Source of the DNA: Obrimoposthia wandeli
Lineage: Eukaryota
Length of the DNA stretch: 64,000 nucleotides
Direction of reading: 5' to 3'
NCBI GenBank assembly: GCA_977020255.1
Contig: CDROCS010001981.1
Location: 434,001-498,000 of the forward strand
Position numbers and translations under genes: made by a program. Positions 46,096 through 60,163 of this stretch are shown piece after piece (position 1 is the first letter of the stretch; each line of letters starts with the position of its first letter). Under the pieces are notes generated by a model that worked only from the letters and a program-made list of their open reading frames with translations, was not told the DNA's origin and did no database searches.

Positions 46096-47564
46096 TTCGT
46101 GTTGAATTCACAGCAATAGAATTGCCGAGTCAAGAAAACTTTACCCATACATTTTAAATTAAGTTGAAGAAGTTTTAAGGGAGTTGTGTTATAAATTAAC
46201 CAACCTAGGAAGAAGATTGCATTCGCACCTTTATCGCCATAAGAATAAAGGTGTAACCCCAAAATTCAAGCCGATAGCAAAGTAAAATTACTAAGAAAGC
46301 TATAACGCGAGCTTATTCTCGAGTTAGAAGAATAACTCTAAAATCTCGATCACCCCGAACGTAAAATCGATACGTGGTTCATCCCCACTTGTTGTAGAGA
46401 CTTACAGAAGTCTTAGGAATTTTTACTGTACTTTTTAGAAAATACGTACATAAACGTATTGTTGTGTTTAGTTTCGTGAATTACCAATAAACGATTTCCT
46501 ACATTAGAACAAGTTGTTTTTGCACCCTTCAGATTAAGAGACATCAAATCAAATACCTTCAGATAGTTCAAGAGATAGGCAACCATAACACTAAGTAGGC
46601 CACGACCAACTTTAAGACCTGCTTCTATTCGAACTCACGTTGGGGCCCTCCGCATTTAAGAGGATCTGTACAAGTTTCGTATAGAAACCCCAACACTTCT
46701 TACACGAAATGGAAAGCCGTCCGTTGTTTGATTCGCAAGAGTCCTGGTATCAGTGATGCTCCTCGCGCTGCGTATGAGATTGAGAGCCGTTCAATCCTTC
46801 CTGGCTTGGCTCCGACTTGTCTGAGGGCGCGATTCGATTTTGTGTTGTCTTCTTCTTATTGACTTCTATTCTGGCAATCTTCTTGTTTGTTTCTGGCCAT
46901 TTATATAAGTCCAATTTTCCTCCATATCCGCCCCTCCCCGAGTGATAAGTGCTTCCAATCGACTCCTGTCTGCACTCTCCGCTCCTTCCCCGAGTGATAA
47001 GTGCTTCTAATTGATTCCTGTCTGCACTTGCTCAGCAGGCTCGGCTGCTCGCCTTCTCAGTTCCTATAATGATCTAAAACAGAGCACTTAACAAAAGCAC
47101 TTACTTGTAGACAGCCGTCCAAGTTCCCTGTGCGGCTCTGCACAGTAATGGATTATTGCTGGATTTCTTCTTAATTGAGTGACTGACTCAACTCTCCAAA
47201 ATGAGTTAATTAATTCCTTAAATTCGTTTAATTTGGACTTTCTTAACCGGCTAATTCTGTTTTTTGGGGCCCTTTTTGTTAACGTTAACTTCTATAAATA
47301 CTTACACATCACACACGACCTTCGTGGTCCCTAAATATTTTATTACAATTTTAATCTCATCAATTTCAATTTTTATATTAAATTTATCTAATTCTAACCT
47401 TGCTTTCAAGGATTTCTATTTCACTATAAAATCAATTAATTATTTAATTTATTTCAAAACCTAAACCTAACAAAAACAATGTCTGTCTTGTCTATTTATA
47501 CAAGGCAGACATCTTTATTTCTATAGTATAATTGATTGAATACTATATATAATTTCTTAATTTA

Positions 47565-48483
47565 TGCCAAATCTAACCATTACCTTGTGAACGACCATAA
47601 CATTTTTACATGATTAAACTCGTAATATGTTGACGAATACAACCATGTACTTGAAACTATGAAATTCCAACTTTTCTTTAACCCTTCATCTATGGACGAC
47701 CATACATATATGGATGAATTCGTCTTCTAAAGATGATTCCAACCATGTATTCAAACTTTGACATTTAAAACTTGATTTGGTCTATATCCCGAACCCTTCA
47801 TATATGACTGACCATACTTTATGACTGAATTCACCTTCTAAAGATGATTCCAACCATGTACTAAAACCTTGATATTTTAAACTTGACTTTGTTTTTAGCC
47901 CGACCCTTTCACCTATGGACGACCACAACCCTTTAGATGTGACGGCCAACCATAGTTAACCTTAATTATACCTTCAAAGTTTCAAGTCAAAACTGACCTT
48001 GACCCTTTGAATTATGGACGACCACAACCCTTTAGATGTGACGGCCAACCATAGTTGACCTTAATTATACCTTCAAACCTTCAAGTCAAAACTGAGTCTG
48101 ACCCTTTGATTTATGGACGACCACAACCCTTTAGATGTGATGGCCAACCATTGTTGACCTTAATCATACCTTCAAACCTTCAAGTCAAAACTGACCTTGA
48201 CCCTTTAAATTATGGACGACCACAACCCTTTAGTGGTTGACAAAAAGAATGGTGGAGACTAGATCAATTGACCCTTCCCCCTCCCCCTATCTTAACCTTT
48301 ATGAGCCAAACCCTTATGGTGTGGCAAGACACCCTTATGGCGTGACACTCTTATGGTGAGTCAACATATACATTTATGGTGTGACATTTCTATGGTGTGA
48401 CACCCTTATGTTGTAAAATAATTTAACATTGTGTGCGCACAGTGGGGGGGTCAAGTGGTCTCTTCTCCATCCTTCTACCTACT
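47565..48483. mobile_element. One-ended relative of the family-2 mini-Polinton
   Basis: Reverse-complement homology to 33583-34500, including the 99-bp and 17-bp units. Ends ...TCTACCTACT at 48483 with a diverged terminal ~50 bp. Confidence 0.85.
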
Positions 48484-51400
48484 GAAATACTCCATTAATG
48501 CACACGATAATGCTTCTTCTACCAAAATTTATTTTGCTAAAATACTTTTGATCTTTCTGTAAATATATCCAATAATTTCTGTCGCACAATGATTCATAAT
48601 TATCGAATTACAAGTTGTGTAGAAATCATGATGATTTTATGATTATGAAACTGATGTATAAAAACAGAATAAACACGACATTCGTGTATAATTTTTTAAA
48701 AGTGACTTCAATGTATTTTTATCATTTTAATCTTTAAGATTATCAATTATTAATTTGACAAACACTGCACAATATCGATCAATTAAGATAATTTTTAACT
48801 TTATTTTCTTTTAACAAATATAATTAAGTTGGTTGACGAAATTTAGTTAGCTTCGAAGAATTAATTATTCAGTGTTAAACAAATAATATTTCAATTAAAA
48901 CCAAATTTAAAACGACGGCTTAATCCAGTTGGTCTATAAACTTTTTTCTTCTGATATTAAATGGCACTATAAAGTTAAAATAGTTTAAAATTCTATGGAA
49001 TTAATACTCCAAACAGGAACTAACCTTTTATCAACTCTAAAAGCCATTGTCCAGTATTTAGTATTCAAACTCAAATCACCCGTAACCGTGTTTTTATAGT
49101 TTAATAAATTTTATATCATTTATATCATTTAAAACGTCAGAGTCTAGCTAATATGGTTAGTCAGGTTTCCTATCCAAAGATGTAATTCAATGAAATATAT
49201 AATTTTGTTAAACATTCTTAAACGAGAACGTATTCTTTTGTTGATTTCGTTGAATAGGTTAAGTAAAGTAATCGAAATTTAATAAATGTATCCTCTGTTT
49301 CAATAATCAAAATAAACAAAATCTGAGCAAAACCATACTTGAGCCACCAAATTTTGAAATTATTTTAATTATTATAAACCGCGTAATTTATTCAAAGCTT
49401 TTAAAAATAATCTAATTTTCTTAACAATAGTTATCAGTAAAAAGTTTTCAATTGAATAAAAAAATTCATTTAAATGAAAGATTTTTTTTCAGAAAAACAT
49501 ATAAAAGAACTATTAACAATTGAAACAATTGATTTGATGAAATGACTATTTTAATAGAATTCTATGCTAACCTATTTATTTTTTTAAAATGCTTAAATGA
49601 ATTTATAATAAAACAAATTTTCTGTAAATATCTTATTACAGACTTAGACAATATTTTCGACAGATATTCAGCAAGATCCGAGGCTATAATTTCAATTTTT
49701 TTTGATTTTAAATACTACTTTATTATTACAGTTAGACATGTCTGATGGGAACCCTGTCTGATATGAACATTTTATATTATGAACACTACGACAATTTAAT
49801 ACTCATTTACCTTAGAAATATAAATTATATTATGAATTGTGAAAATTTAAAAAATAATTTTTTTGTTGAAACATTCATATACATTAATTATTTATAAAAT
49901 TGTAAAATTATATTCTTTATTTTAAAAATATTTATTTTTCTAGTATATACTTTCAAAATTAAAAAATACATTGAATCAAGAGTTTAAAAAGCAATCGAAA
50001 CAAAATGATTTGACTATTTCAACAAAAAAAATCTTAGAATTTTAAAAGCAACGAAATTCAATCAGCGAACTTTAGCTACTCATTTTAAGTTAGCTTTGGG
50101 TTGTAAAAACCCAATAATAAAAATTAGCCCTAAGTTATGGGAGAAATGTAAGATGCAGTAATAAAAAAACGTGCAGTAAAATAAACTTCAAAAATAATTT
50201 CAAAGTTATTTTAAATGTTTCAAATTAAAAAAGAAAAAAACTTCTTATTGTTTGAAGGTATGAGACAAAATTATCTGATTTAGTTGGATATAATAAAATC
50301 CTCAAATCGGCCTTTTAATTGCTTTTTTGAAATAGTCATACTAGAAAAATAATACATGAATACAAGTGGTATAAAAAAAGAAAAGCTACATACAAGTATG
50401 TTTAGTTTAATGAATAAAGTTATAATCATTAATGAAAGTTGCATTGCAAATAGTTATTACAAAACAGTTATACTTCAATTTTAACATCAAAGGAGTATTC
50501 CAAACTAAAATAAGCTTTTGCAACCGAACAAATTAAATAATTAAAAGTTGTCAATACTGTACTGTATTACTGAGAATTTTCTATGAAGGTATTTATCTTT
50601 TAACTGTTATTTATGAAAGTAAATTGTATTGTTTCAGAAAATAAATGTTGTGAAAGTATGAACACGTTAATATATCTATAAATAAATGATTATGCGCTTG
50701 ATAAGAAGCGGTTTACCTTGTATTTCTTCGGGCGAAAGCTGATACACAGTCTTTATCGATTGTTTGCGGCTGGAACCCTTTTCCATTTCTTGGAATACGA
50801 GAAGAATGGGTTGTAATAGCTGCAGTTGGATCGTCTGGTTGACTACACAATTGTTCAGAGATTAATTAATCTAGAGCTTAAAAATATCCAATGAAAACCG
50901 TAGAGAAATTTGATGTCAATAGAAATACAGTAGAAATGATAGATTATAGATTTTATACTGTTACTAATTAAGCCAATCCACTGTAAGTGAAACAGTTGAC
51001 TTTGACTGGAAAACGAAATTGTTCTGGTTTATGTGTTCAGGAAGAAAACTGTGAGTTGAGTATTGAGTTTCTGATTTATTGCAGACGAATCTGAGTTGAG
51101 CTACTTGAGAGTTTAGTCTGGCAATTAGCAATTTGATTAACGCTAGCTGCTAACTATAAACTAACTATTTGCATAAATTGTGGAATGTGTTAATTATTTG
51201 ATCAAAACAACATCAATTCACTGATATATGATTCTATTTGCCAGAAAGACTTGAACTTTTCTTCTAATTCACTTTTTGTTGTTGCGTTTTCACACGTTTG
51301 CCTATGCCGTTCAGCGCTCAATATGATTTTCTTGGATTTCTTTCTTTCAGAGTCTTTCTATCACATTATATTGTGTAATTGTGATTAGAATAGAAAAATA

Positions 51401-52119
51401 CAGTAGCCAATCTACGATAATGTGGACGTAGAAGTGGTTAGTCAATGATAATATTGGTGAAACAGTGACTAGAGGAGAAGAAAGAGGGTTAATGTTGAGG
51501 AGAAACTGGCTAGTCTCCGAGAATTTTGGTGAAGCAGCAGTCAATCGGAGTTAATGGTGTTGAGGCAGTGGTTAGTTGACTAGAAAGTTGGTAAGGCAGT
51601 AGCTAATCTGTGAAGTTGCCGATGGGGTGATGGCGAGGAGCTGGACAGTCATTAACCGAGGAGCAAGGCAGTCAGAGCGTTTGGTAACTTCTGACGAGGA
51701 GTAATACCAGTACTTTGAGTGTGGTTGCGTATTCATAATTTGTTTGTTTACTCCGTTTCACGCTCAATATATATATTTTTTAAATATCTTTGTTCAATCT
51801 TATTTCTCTTTCTATCACACATTTTATAATTATTTGTCCCTTGTAATATTGATTGTTTCAAAAATCGAAACTGTTGTTATCCATGTTAATGAACAGTTTG
51901 AAACTTTTGATTTCAACAACCAATTTTTTCTTTTTGGTTTTGTAATAGTTTTTGGCAGAATTAATGTCAGCTTTCAAAGGTAAAATTTCTATATATATTT
52001 ATACTAATTTTAATTATTCAAATTTTGTACGCGCATTATTAAATTTATTTCGCAATTTTTAGTTTTTAAAGTATGTAGAAGTGTAGAAGTAGTATAAAGT
52101 GACTCTGAATTTTTTATGG

Positions 52120-52437
52120 ATCGGAAATTAAGTCACATGACTGCGGAAGTATTCAGAAATATAAATATGTCACTTGGTGAAGGTTCTGATGATGAAATAA
52201 CCACTCTGAAGATGGTTCAGTTTAGCATCACTGACTCAGAAGACTAAGCAGCTTGTAGAGCTAATATTGCTATAGATGAAGACAACATGGAGCAAGCTGT
52301 CAAATCAAATCCGTATAGTAGGTGTCGGAACTAGCTACTCAATTTGAGGCACAATACTCAACCATTTTCAGGCCTTTGTCAGCAATAAATATGGTGAAGA
52401 AAAATTAGAAAAATGCCTTCTTCATGATATAACAGAA
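52120..52437 (+). mobile_element. Mariner transposase N-terminal remnant
   Basis: TAEVFRNINMSLGEG...IDEDNMEQAVKSNP...RELATQF...STI...MVKK...HDITE matches the mariner HTH region through the WVPHEL-like motif. Frameshifted. Confidence 0.65.
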
Positions 52438-52598
52438 ATTCCAATAACAAAAAATTTACGATAGAAAAACTTTTTTAATCACTTTTTCGACAAAATGAAA
52501 GTAGTTTTTTTAAACCTTTGAAAACGTGTGATAAAAAGTGGATCAAGTACAAAAATAGGGGAAATGTTGCAAAGAGGGTTTGTCGAAAAGAATGTTGT

Positions 52599-54159
52599 TG
52601 TTGGAGTTTATATATGAAACTACTGGATAGATCCTCGAATGGAGGCCCCCAACGTGAGTTCTATAGAAGTAGGGCTTGCAGTTGTTTGTGGCCTACTTAG
52701 ATTGTGCTTACCTGTCTCAATGTCTAATCTGAAGGTTTGTTTTTGTTTGTTGTTGTGGAGTTGTGTGAAGAGTTGTGTACACGGTGACTGGAAAATTTCC
52801 CTTAGTGTGGTGTAATGTATGGAGGGTTGGTTCTGACCTGATTGCAAGGGATTGTTCAAGACAACACTATCTAATGTAGGAAATCTTTATTTTATCAGAA
52901 ATCATTCTAACTAGGTTCCTAAAATTGTACAATTAGTCTTATCAACTCCACTAAACATCACACAAATGGGGATGTCTTGACGTATCGATTATTAATCTTA
53001 CCTAATAGTTTTACAAGCTTCTACGTTCGGTGAATCTTGTTTTAATCCAAATCCGGTGTACGAAATTAACGTAATTCAAGATTACTTGAAATACAACTTC
53101 TCAAATTACTATAAATCAATATTACTAAATGCTTTACTTTATAAAAATCAATGTAATCTTTACTTTATCAGAATAGTCTTTACTTTTATCAAATTCAATC
53201 TTTCTTAACTTTATTGGAAACGTCTTTACTTTTATTAAATTCAATGCAATACATTTATCATATACAAATCTTTCTTTACTTTATTAGAAAAGTCTTTACT
53301 TTTATTAAAATCAATGCAATACTTTTAACAAATTCGATGTGATCTTTATTTTATCGGAAAAGTAATCTTTTATCTTTATCAATCTTTTACCCTTCTCACC
53401 TTCTTCGGGTAGTCGTATATTCTCGCCTGTCGTCCCTTCCTGGTAAGTTTCTCGTGGCCTTCCTTTCCTCGCGTTCCTTTCTTTTTCTTTACGTCCTGGT
53501 GGACTTCTCTTGGAGTCAATCGGCACCTGAGTTATCGAGCTTCTTGAATTGGTCACTCAATTTTCCGGAATCTATTACTACAATAATCAACTCTCAAATT
53601 ATTTTGTCCTTACCAGTTTCCTCGGACGATCGCTGTCAACTTTTTGGAGTTGATTTCTTTAAGTCTCTGAAATTTGTTGTGTCAATTTCTTCTGCTAATA
53701 AAAAGGAGTAATTTTCCTTTTATACTAGAATTACCTTGGCTGCTTGGCGACTAATTGATTTTCTGCTTTCTGGAGTTCACCGGCTGCTTGTTTCTCAGAG
53801 GCACTGATTCTGCTGAGTGCTTCTGTCTGTTTGTCTGCTGCTTGGCTCTCAGTGATTCGATCACATTGTAAGTGCTTCTAATGGATTTGCTGTCTCCTGC
53901 TGCTTGGCTTCCAGTGGCTCGGTTAATTGTAAGTGCTGCACTTTCTTTTTCTTTACTAATTAATTTTCCGGGCCTTAAACTTTTATACACATCTCACACT
54001 ATACATGACCTTTCAAGGTCCTAAAATACTTCCTAATTTTATTATTTAATTTTAAATTCTATTTTAAAATTTATTTCATTTTAACCTTGCTTTCAAGGAT
54101 TTATTTTATTTTTTAACAATTAATTTTTTTTGAAAAATATTAAAATCCTAACCCAAACA
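52599..54159 (+). mobile_element. Fourth solo-LTR-like element of the same family, 1561 bp
   Basis: TGTTGGAG...CCCAAACA; flanks TTGT/CTGT (3 of 4 match); shares end motifs with the 43173 element; degenerate internal repeats at ~53150-53370. Confidence 0.7.
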
Positions 54160-54574
54160 CTGTAAACATACAACTGTCAACATCTGTCACCGTTTTCTGT
54201 TACTTTTTATAATATTTAAGTCAGGATCCTCTGATAATTAAATTTTAATATATCCTTTTAAAACTTTTTGACCGTAATTGTTTAAGTAAATGCATAGAAA
54301 AATTAGAATAATTCCGCTACTAGAACAATAAAAACAAATACAGATAGAAAACCAAAAGATATGGAAGGTTTTAATTTTCTTGCTATGTACTGTAATTGTT
54401 TGGGCTATACATATGGACTTATTGAATTTTTAAATTGACATTTTATGTAGGTCTACAAACTGTAATGGAGTTTACAAAATGAAAAAATACAATTTTGTGA
54501 ATACCACTTGGTTTGAAGGATTTCCTAATGTGAGAAAACGGTATCAAGATCAAAGAGAAGAAACTCGCAAACAT

Positions 54575-55200
54575 AATTTTAAATTCTATTTTAAAATTTA
54601 TTTCATTTTAACCTTGCTTTCAAGGATTTATTTTATTTTTTAACAATTAATTTTTTTTGAAAATTATTAAAATCCTAACTCAAGTGGCGAACAAAGGAAA
54701 AGAATCCATGTACGAATCCAGAATGTGATACTGTCAGAAACTGAATAGATGGAGATAAATCTCTGCAAATCAATGACACTCTTGAGACATTAGACACTCT
54801 CACAGTAGGATTCAATGAAACATGGAAAACGATATACTAATTAAATGACAGTGGATAATAAATATGTTCAGATTGAACGATTGAGGCTAGCATGAGAAAT
54901 TCTTAGTTGTCATTGACAATTAGAGTCTCAAACTGTTAGAAGGAATAACATGGACGACAAGTTCCAATTGATCATATTGTAACTCTGAGATGAGAACACT
55001 ATTTTGAAATTCTCCTCAGAAATGAGAATGTAAATTCAGAAAAGTACTTTGAATTTCTTACTAATTTGGAACACTGCTTGAGTAACTTATCTGTTGGAAA
55101 TGAGACTGCTTCAAGGCAACGCCAAATCAAATGTTTCAGTCAGCACAAATGATTAAATTGGAGCACACAACTTACGACGTTTGTGGCAATCAGTGTACAG
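54575..55200 (+). mobile_element. LTR 3' fragment followed by candidate primer-binding site and decayed gag-like sequence
   Basis: 54575-54682 is nearly identical to 54047-54152, followed by AG-TGGCGAACAAAGG (TGG at 54685). Downstream frames are broken. Confidence 0.45.
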
Positions 55201-56454
55201 CCCGGACCGTAATCTATCTGGTTAATCTGATTGATCTAGTTAGAATCAGGATGAGATAATGGAAAGGTTTAATAATTCAAGAGAAGATACATTACATTTT
55301 TGAATGATGAACTGTCACAGAATGTGTGTGGTAGTGGACAATTTTGTAATTGATCGTGTATGAGTCATTTTAAATTTAAGTACTGCTTTAAAATTTCCTC
55401 TTAATCTTTGTCTTCTTCATTTATCAGTTTGATTGCTACAAACTGAAGATAAGGAGGAAAATAAGACTGAGAAGGTTGAAGATCAATAATAATGAGGATG
55501 AAAAAGGACCCTAGGAGCTAGACAAACAAGAAACTGAATGTGAAGGATCAATGAACCGATGATTAACTTTCTGAGCCCAAAACCGTGACCCTCGGGGGTT
55601 GAGTCATATCTCATTGGTGGCGGTGTATGCTGTTTGTGATCTGTATACCATGGTGGCATGTATTTGTTTAATTGTGTAGTTGTACGCTTTGTTTAAAAGC
55701 AAAATTTTGAAGTCAAATACAGTTTTCAAATTTTTTCCTATTCGTTATCTTCGGCAGATTTTCGTCTGATTGTATATTCATCGTTTCCTTTTCGATTTAC
55801 ATCAGTTTATAATTTACATAATTGAGGACCGATGAAAAGTAGTTACCTTATTTATTGGATGAGAATAAAATTCATGACAGTGACTTAAATTTTCAAATGA
55901 AATACTTCTTTCCAGATAGGCAAGCATTTTTCACCATAATATAAAGGAAACTGTTGAACGTTTTAGTCAATCTAATTTGAAATATATTACAATATCTCTT
56001 TAAAATGTGATGGTTAATCTGATAGCAGGGTGGCTAAAATTCGATCATCTTTACAAGGAACTATGTCGCGAAAGTTCGGTGTCTTTATCGAAACCTTCCT
56101 AAATCAAAAATAGATTTAACTTCGTTTAACGCTTCGTTCCAATGCTTTTCGAAAAGTATAATGAACAAATTAAAAGTAGTGAAAATTTTTAAACCGAGAA
56201 ACAATAAAAGAAATGGTTGTGTCTAAGTGACTTTACAGGGAGTAAAAATAAGTAATAGTAAAATAATATGCATTTTTTGAAATAAAAAATTGGTTGCATT
56301 AAAATATTCTAGTAATCTATTTCAGGATGAAATCTGACGTTGCAATCGAGAAATCACAACATAACAGGGCGAAACGACAACATATCTGTCTAACAAGCTT
56401 CCTTTTGAATATATCGAACACAAGATTGTAATTTCAAGATTGTGAAGTGTGGGA

Positions 56455-56558
56455 GATTTATTCACTGTCACACAAACATTGCACTGTTTTTAATTTTAAT
56501 AAGTATGTTTAGGTACGTTTGTCTAATGATTAGACTCTAATCCATCCACACACCTACT
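56455..56558. mobile_element. Possible highly degenerate family-1 Polinton right terminus
   Basis: GATTAGAC...CATCC...ACCTACT ending at 56558, preceded by ATTCAC...CACACAAACATTGCACTGTTTTTAA. Confidence 0.4.
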
Positions 56559-57142
56559 TTTGGTTGGGGTAGGCAAAACATTATCCTAAAAATTATGCAT
56601 GTATGTCTGGTGTGAAAATCCTGAAAAAATTGTTTGTGCAATCAAAGGTGCTTATACAACTTCGTTTTCTGCAGTTATCAAAGTTAAAGCATCATTAAAC
56701 TCACTATTCAATTCCACTAACTTGCCGCTTTTCATTCCGATTTACAATTCGTATTTTAATTCGCTTCGGTATTTGATTTTACATTGTATTGGGTAACCCT
56801 ATTTTAAAGTGTTGGTAAATCAAAAATCCAGATCCTTTCGCATTTTCAAAGGGTATCATTAGAACTATCAGACTTACTCTGCATTACCATCAATGATGTG
56901 ACATCATAATTTGAATTGATATTCCATTTTCCTGGCAATTGTTCAGTTCGAAGATTAACCCAAAGTGGTTCACCAAACGTTGGCTTAGATGTACGGGGTA
57001 CTCCTAGGTCACATAAGAATTATTTGTGTTGGTACTGCATCAGTACCTCCATCTAAAAAGTGTTTCAGTTTTCAGTTAATATGAAAATACAAATGAAATT
57101 GAATCAGGTTTTTAGAAGATAATTAAAGTTAAATTTTACCAA

Positions 57143-57188
57143 CTGTCCCAAGTCACCCCGGTGTCCTAAGTCGCCTCAGTTGACGGTA
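57143..57188. mobile_element. Single pogo/Tc1-type terminal inverted repeat
   Basis: Reverse complement is TACCGTCAACTGAGGCGACTTAGGACACCGGGGTGACTTGGGACAG, the TACCGT...GGGGTGACTT style of pogo-like ends. No partner found. Confidence 0.4.
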
Positions 57189-58969
57189 AGTAAGAATACA
57201 TATTAAATTTACCTCAATAAGATATATATACACCTAATTCTCTTTTTACACGGTAGATGTAAAACTGTTTAAAAAGAAACCGTGTAAAAAAGACATAGAC
57301 TCCATAGTAAAATAAGGGATACGTTCCATAACTTCCAAAAAAACGTGCAAAACTAAATAAATATCTATAAGCCGTACAAAGATCAAATTTTAATTCTAAA
57401 CGGAATAATAAAATATTTTTAAAACTTAATTAAGTTAGTATCAAATTCAAATTTCTAAGTTTTTCCCATAGTAACTAACATAAAATACAGTTTTTATTTC
57501 TAAAGGGATTAAAATATTAATAAAAAGTAAACGTTTTTATTTTAAACGAAAATAAAGTTTGAAATAGTAGAAACAGTTTTATTTCTAATGCAAATAAAAT
57601 TAATATTAAATTCAAATTTAACTTTTAAACGAAAAAATTGAAACACATTCTAAAGAAATAAACTGATATAAAATGCAAAGGTTTATATCGATTCGTCGCT
57701 TCTTGATAATAAGCGCATCTGTTTGCGAAGAGCTGGTGTAAAATCCCTATCATCGCTATAAATATCTAGAATATCTACTAAAATGACTGTACGCAAGTAA
57801 CAAAAGGTGCAATAAACCCATGTAAAAGAGAAAACATTACACTTTTGTGGACCCTGTTATTTCAAAAACGTTAAAAAACCGTGTATAAAGATAATTGGGT
57901 ATATATCGCAGGTAAATCAGATAATAATGGCTTATATATTAAGGATTTACCAGTAGTCAAGTAAACCGAGAGTTCCAGATTGCAGATAGACAAGTTAATT
58001 GATGTGCAATAAGAAAAGAATAAATTGCTCTCATGGATCAAGAAACGAGTGAAGAATTGCAAGAAGAAAAAAATCAGATCAGAGTTAATTGTCGTCAACA
58101 TATAGAAAAATTCCAGCAAGATTTCTGCCAGTGAGGAAGTATTTGCGGTAACGCCAACAGATATAAAAAAACTGTTTTCAGTAGATAAGTTATAAGATGC
58201 CAATTACTTTCTCCTTCATATTAAAAGCGGAATCGACCGAGACAGAGGGACAGCAGAAGAAGAACGCAAAGATCACAAGGCCAGTGAAACCTGCTGATAG
58301 GTCGAATATGACCACATAAGAGAAGATTCCGACCAAACCTATAGAAGAATGTCACCAGGAAAAGGAAGCAGCGGACTTGACATCAACTGAAAAGGTCTAA
58401 CGAACATATGAGTGAGAGCCACACCAATTTTCAATTGTTAGATTTCTTCCCATTTATGTTGTTAATAGTTGAAATTAAAGGGTATCTAATTTAGGATTCG
58501 ACAACTAAGTGTTCTTAAAAGGTGTCTTCAGTTCTTCATTTAGTATTGTCAATTTTGAAATTTTATAGATATTCAAGACGTAACGACTAAATGTTCTTAA
58601 GTAGTTTTTCATTAACCATTTGTTAATGTGTGATACTTTTTTATCTATTGTTAATTGGTACCACAGTGTAGTGGAAAAGTAATTGTATAAAAATACTTAT
58701 TACAAATAATATTAACTTAGTATGTTTTTCTTGAGATTCGATTAAACCAACTTTTGGTTAAAGTAATCTAATTAAAAAGTGAGCTGATATGCGAACAACA
58801 AAATTATGGGTTTAGGCCTAGTTAGACCATTTTTTTTAAAAAATACATAGATTGGCCTAATCGACCCATATAGTTCACACCACACCACACTAGTTTTTGA
58901 AAATTACCTGATAAATTGTGTAAATATCATAAAATCTTTTCAGAACGGATTTATTTCAAATAGCCACTA

Positions 58970-59046
58970 TATGTACAGAACTCACGTTCGGGACCTCAAT
59001 ATGAGGATTCTAAATACCGTATTTTTCGGAAACCAAAGCAGTAACA
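58970..59046. mobile_element. Distant relative of the long-LTR terminal segment
   Basis: ACAGAACTCACGTTCGGGACCTC...GAGGAT...AACA mirrors 42570-42633. Confidence 0.4.
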
Positions 59047-60163
59047 AAGCACAAGATTTTATTCTCTGAGTCGGGATTTTTGTGTGAAAGTAATGAGATT
59101 TTGATTATAATTGTCTTAATTACAGGAATTTCCAGTAAACAAGTACCTACATATTTACTTATACCTATTCGAACCACTACAGGATTTTAACTTGAGAAAA
59201 TATACAGACAAAGCATCTATGTCATACTTGTCCTTTATGATGGCTATTTATCTTTAAGGGTGTAGCACAATTTTCTTGTAATAAGGTTTTCCTGCTTTAC
59301 TCCAATGAATATAGAGCTCATACCTTTTGTAATCAGTATTTTGACCCGAGATAATATCACCTGTTCTTTTTTCAAGAACTAATTGTGTGTTGCATTTTTC
59401 CATTGGTTTTCAATCAAAACTGCTAAGTGTACAGACTCATATCAAATGAGTTTCCAAAAGTCATCCAAGTATAATTCTACTATTTTTATCAACTTTCAAG
59501 TCATATTTTGAAACTATCTTGTCCATGTGCTTGATCGTCAAGAAGGGATTTAACAGAACCGCATTATATTATAAAGTGCTATTATATTTAAGTTTTTACA
59601 GAATTTTATCAAAAAATCATTAATTTGCATCGATTTTCTATACTATTAAATTAGTATTTAACACTTAAAAATTACTGTTTTTTTTAAAATAAAAAATAAC
59701 ATGATTGATTATTTGTATTTAAAACTGAAACATTTATCAAATTAACTTTTTGACTACTTTGAAATATTGTAAGACTAATCGACATATTAATATTGTTTAT
59801 CTTTATTATACTTTACACATCATAGAAGTCTGGAACGTTTGAATATTTATATCGAAATATTTGACCTATAGTCAGCTACATAAATTTGGATTATTAGTTT
59901 AAAAAATATATATTTATTTATAATTATATTGATATAGAAAACCATTTGAAGAAAAATATAATAAAATCCAAGATTTAAAATTGAAACTTTTATACTTTTT
60001 CCCAACTGCAATATTTACATAATTTGGTACATTATCCTTGTATATAAAATATTCTTTCATTCATGTCAAACATGTCAGACATGTTTACGTTCTTACTTTC
60101 TTGTTAAATGTTTTATGTTAAAATTTAAGAAAACTTTTACTATCATTTACTATCGAAATTAAA

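Larger units (their letters stand above)
44555..46695 (-). mobile_element. Nested solo-LTR-like element, 2141 bp
   Basis: TGTTAGG at 44555 to CCCCAACA at 46695, with perfect 4-bp TSD CTTC (44551-44554 and 46696-46699). Confidence 0.85.
43173..47472 (+). mobile_element. Long solo-LTR-like element (~2.15 kb net) interrupted by a nested relative
   Basis: TGTTGGGG at 43173 to CCTAACA at 47472; flanks AAAA/AAAA; TATAAATA near 47293, ~180 bp from the 3' end. Confidence 0.75.

Noticed and set aside
50700-51750. GC-richer minus-strand segments that may be host exons or decayed gag
   Set aside because: Stops occur in all frames and no domain is recognisable.
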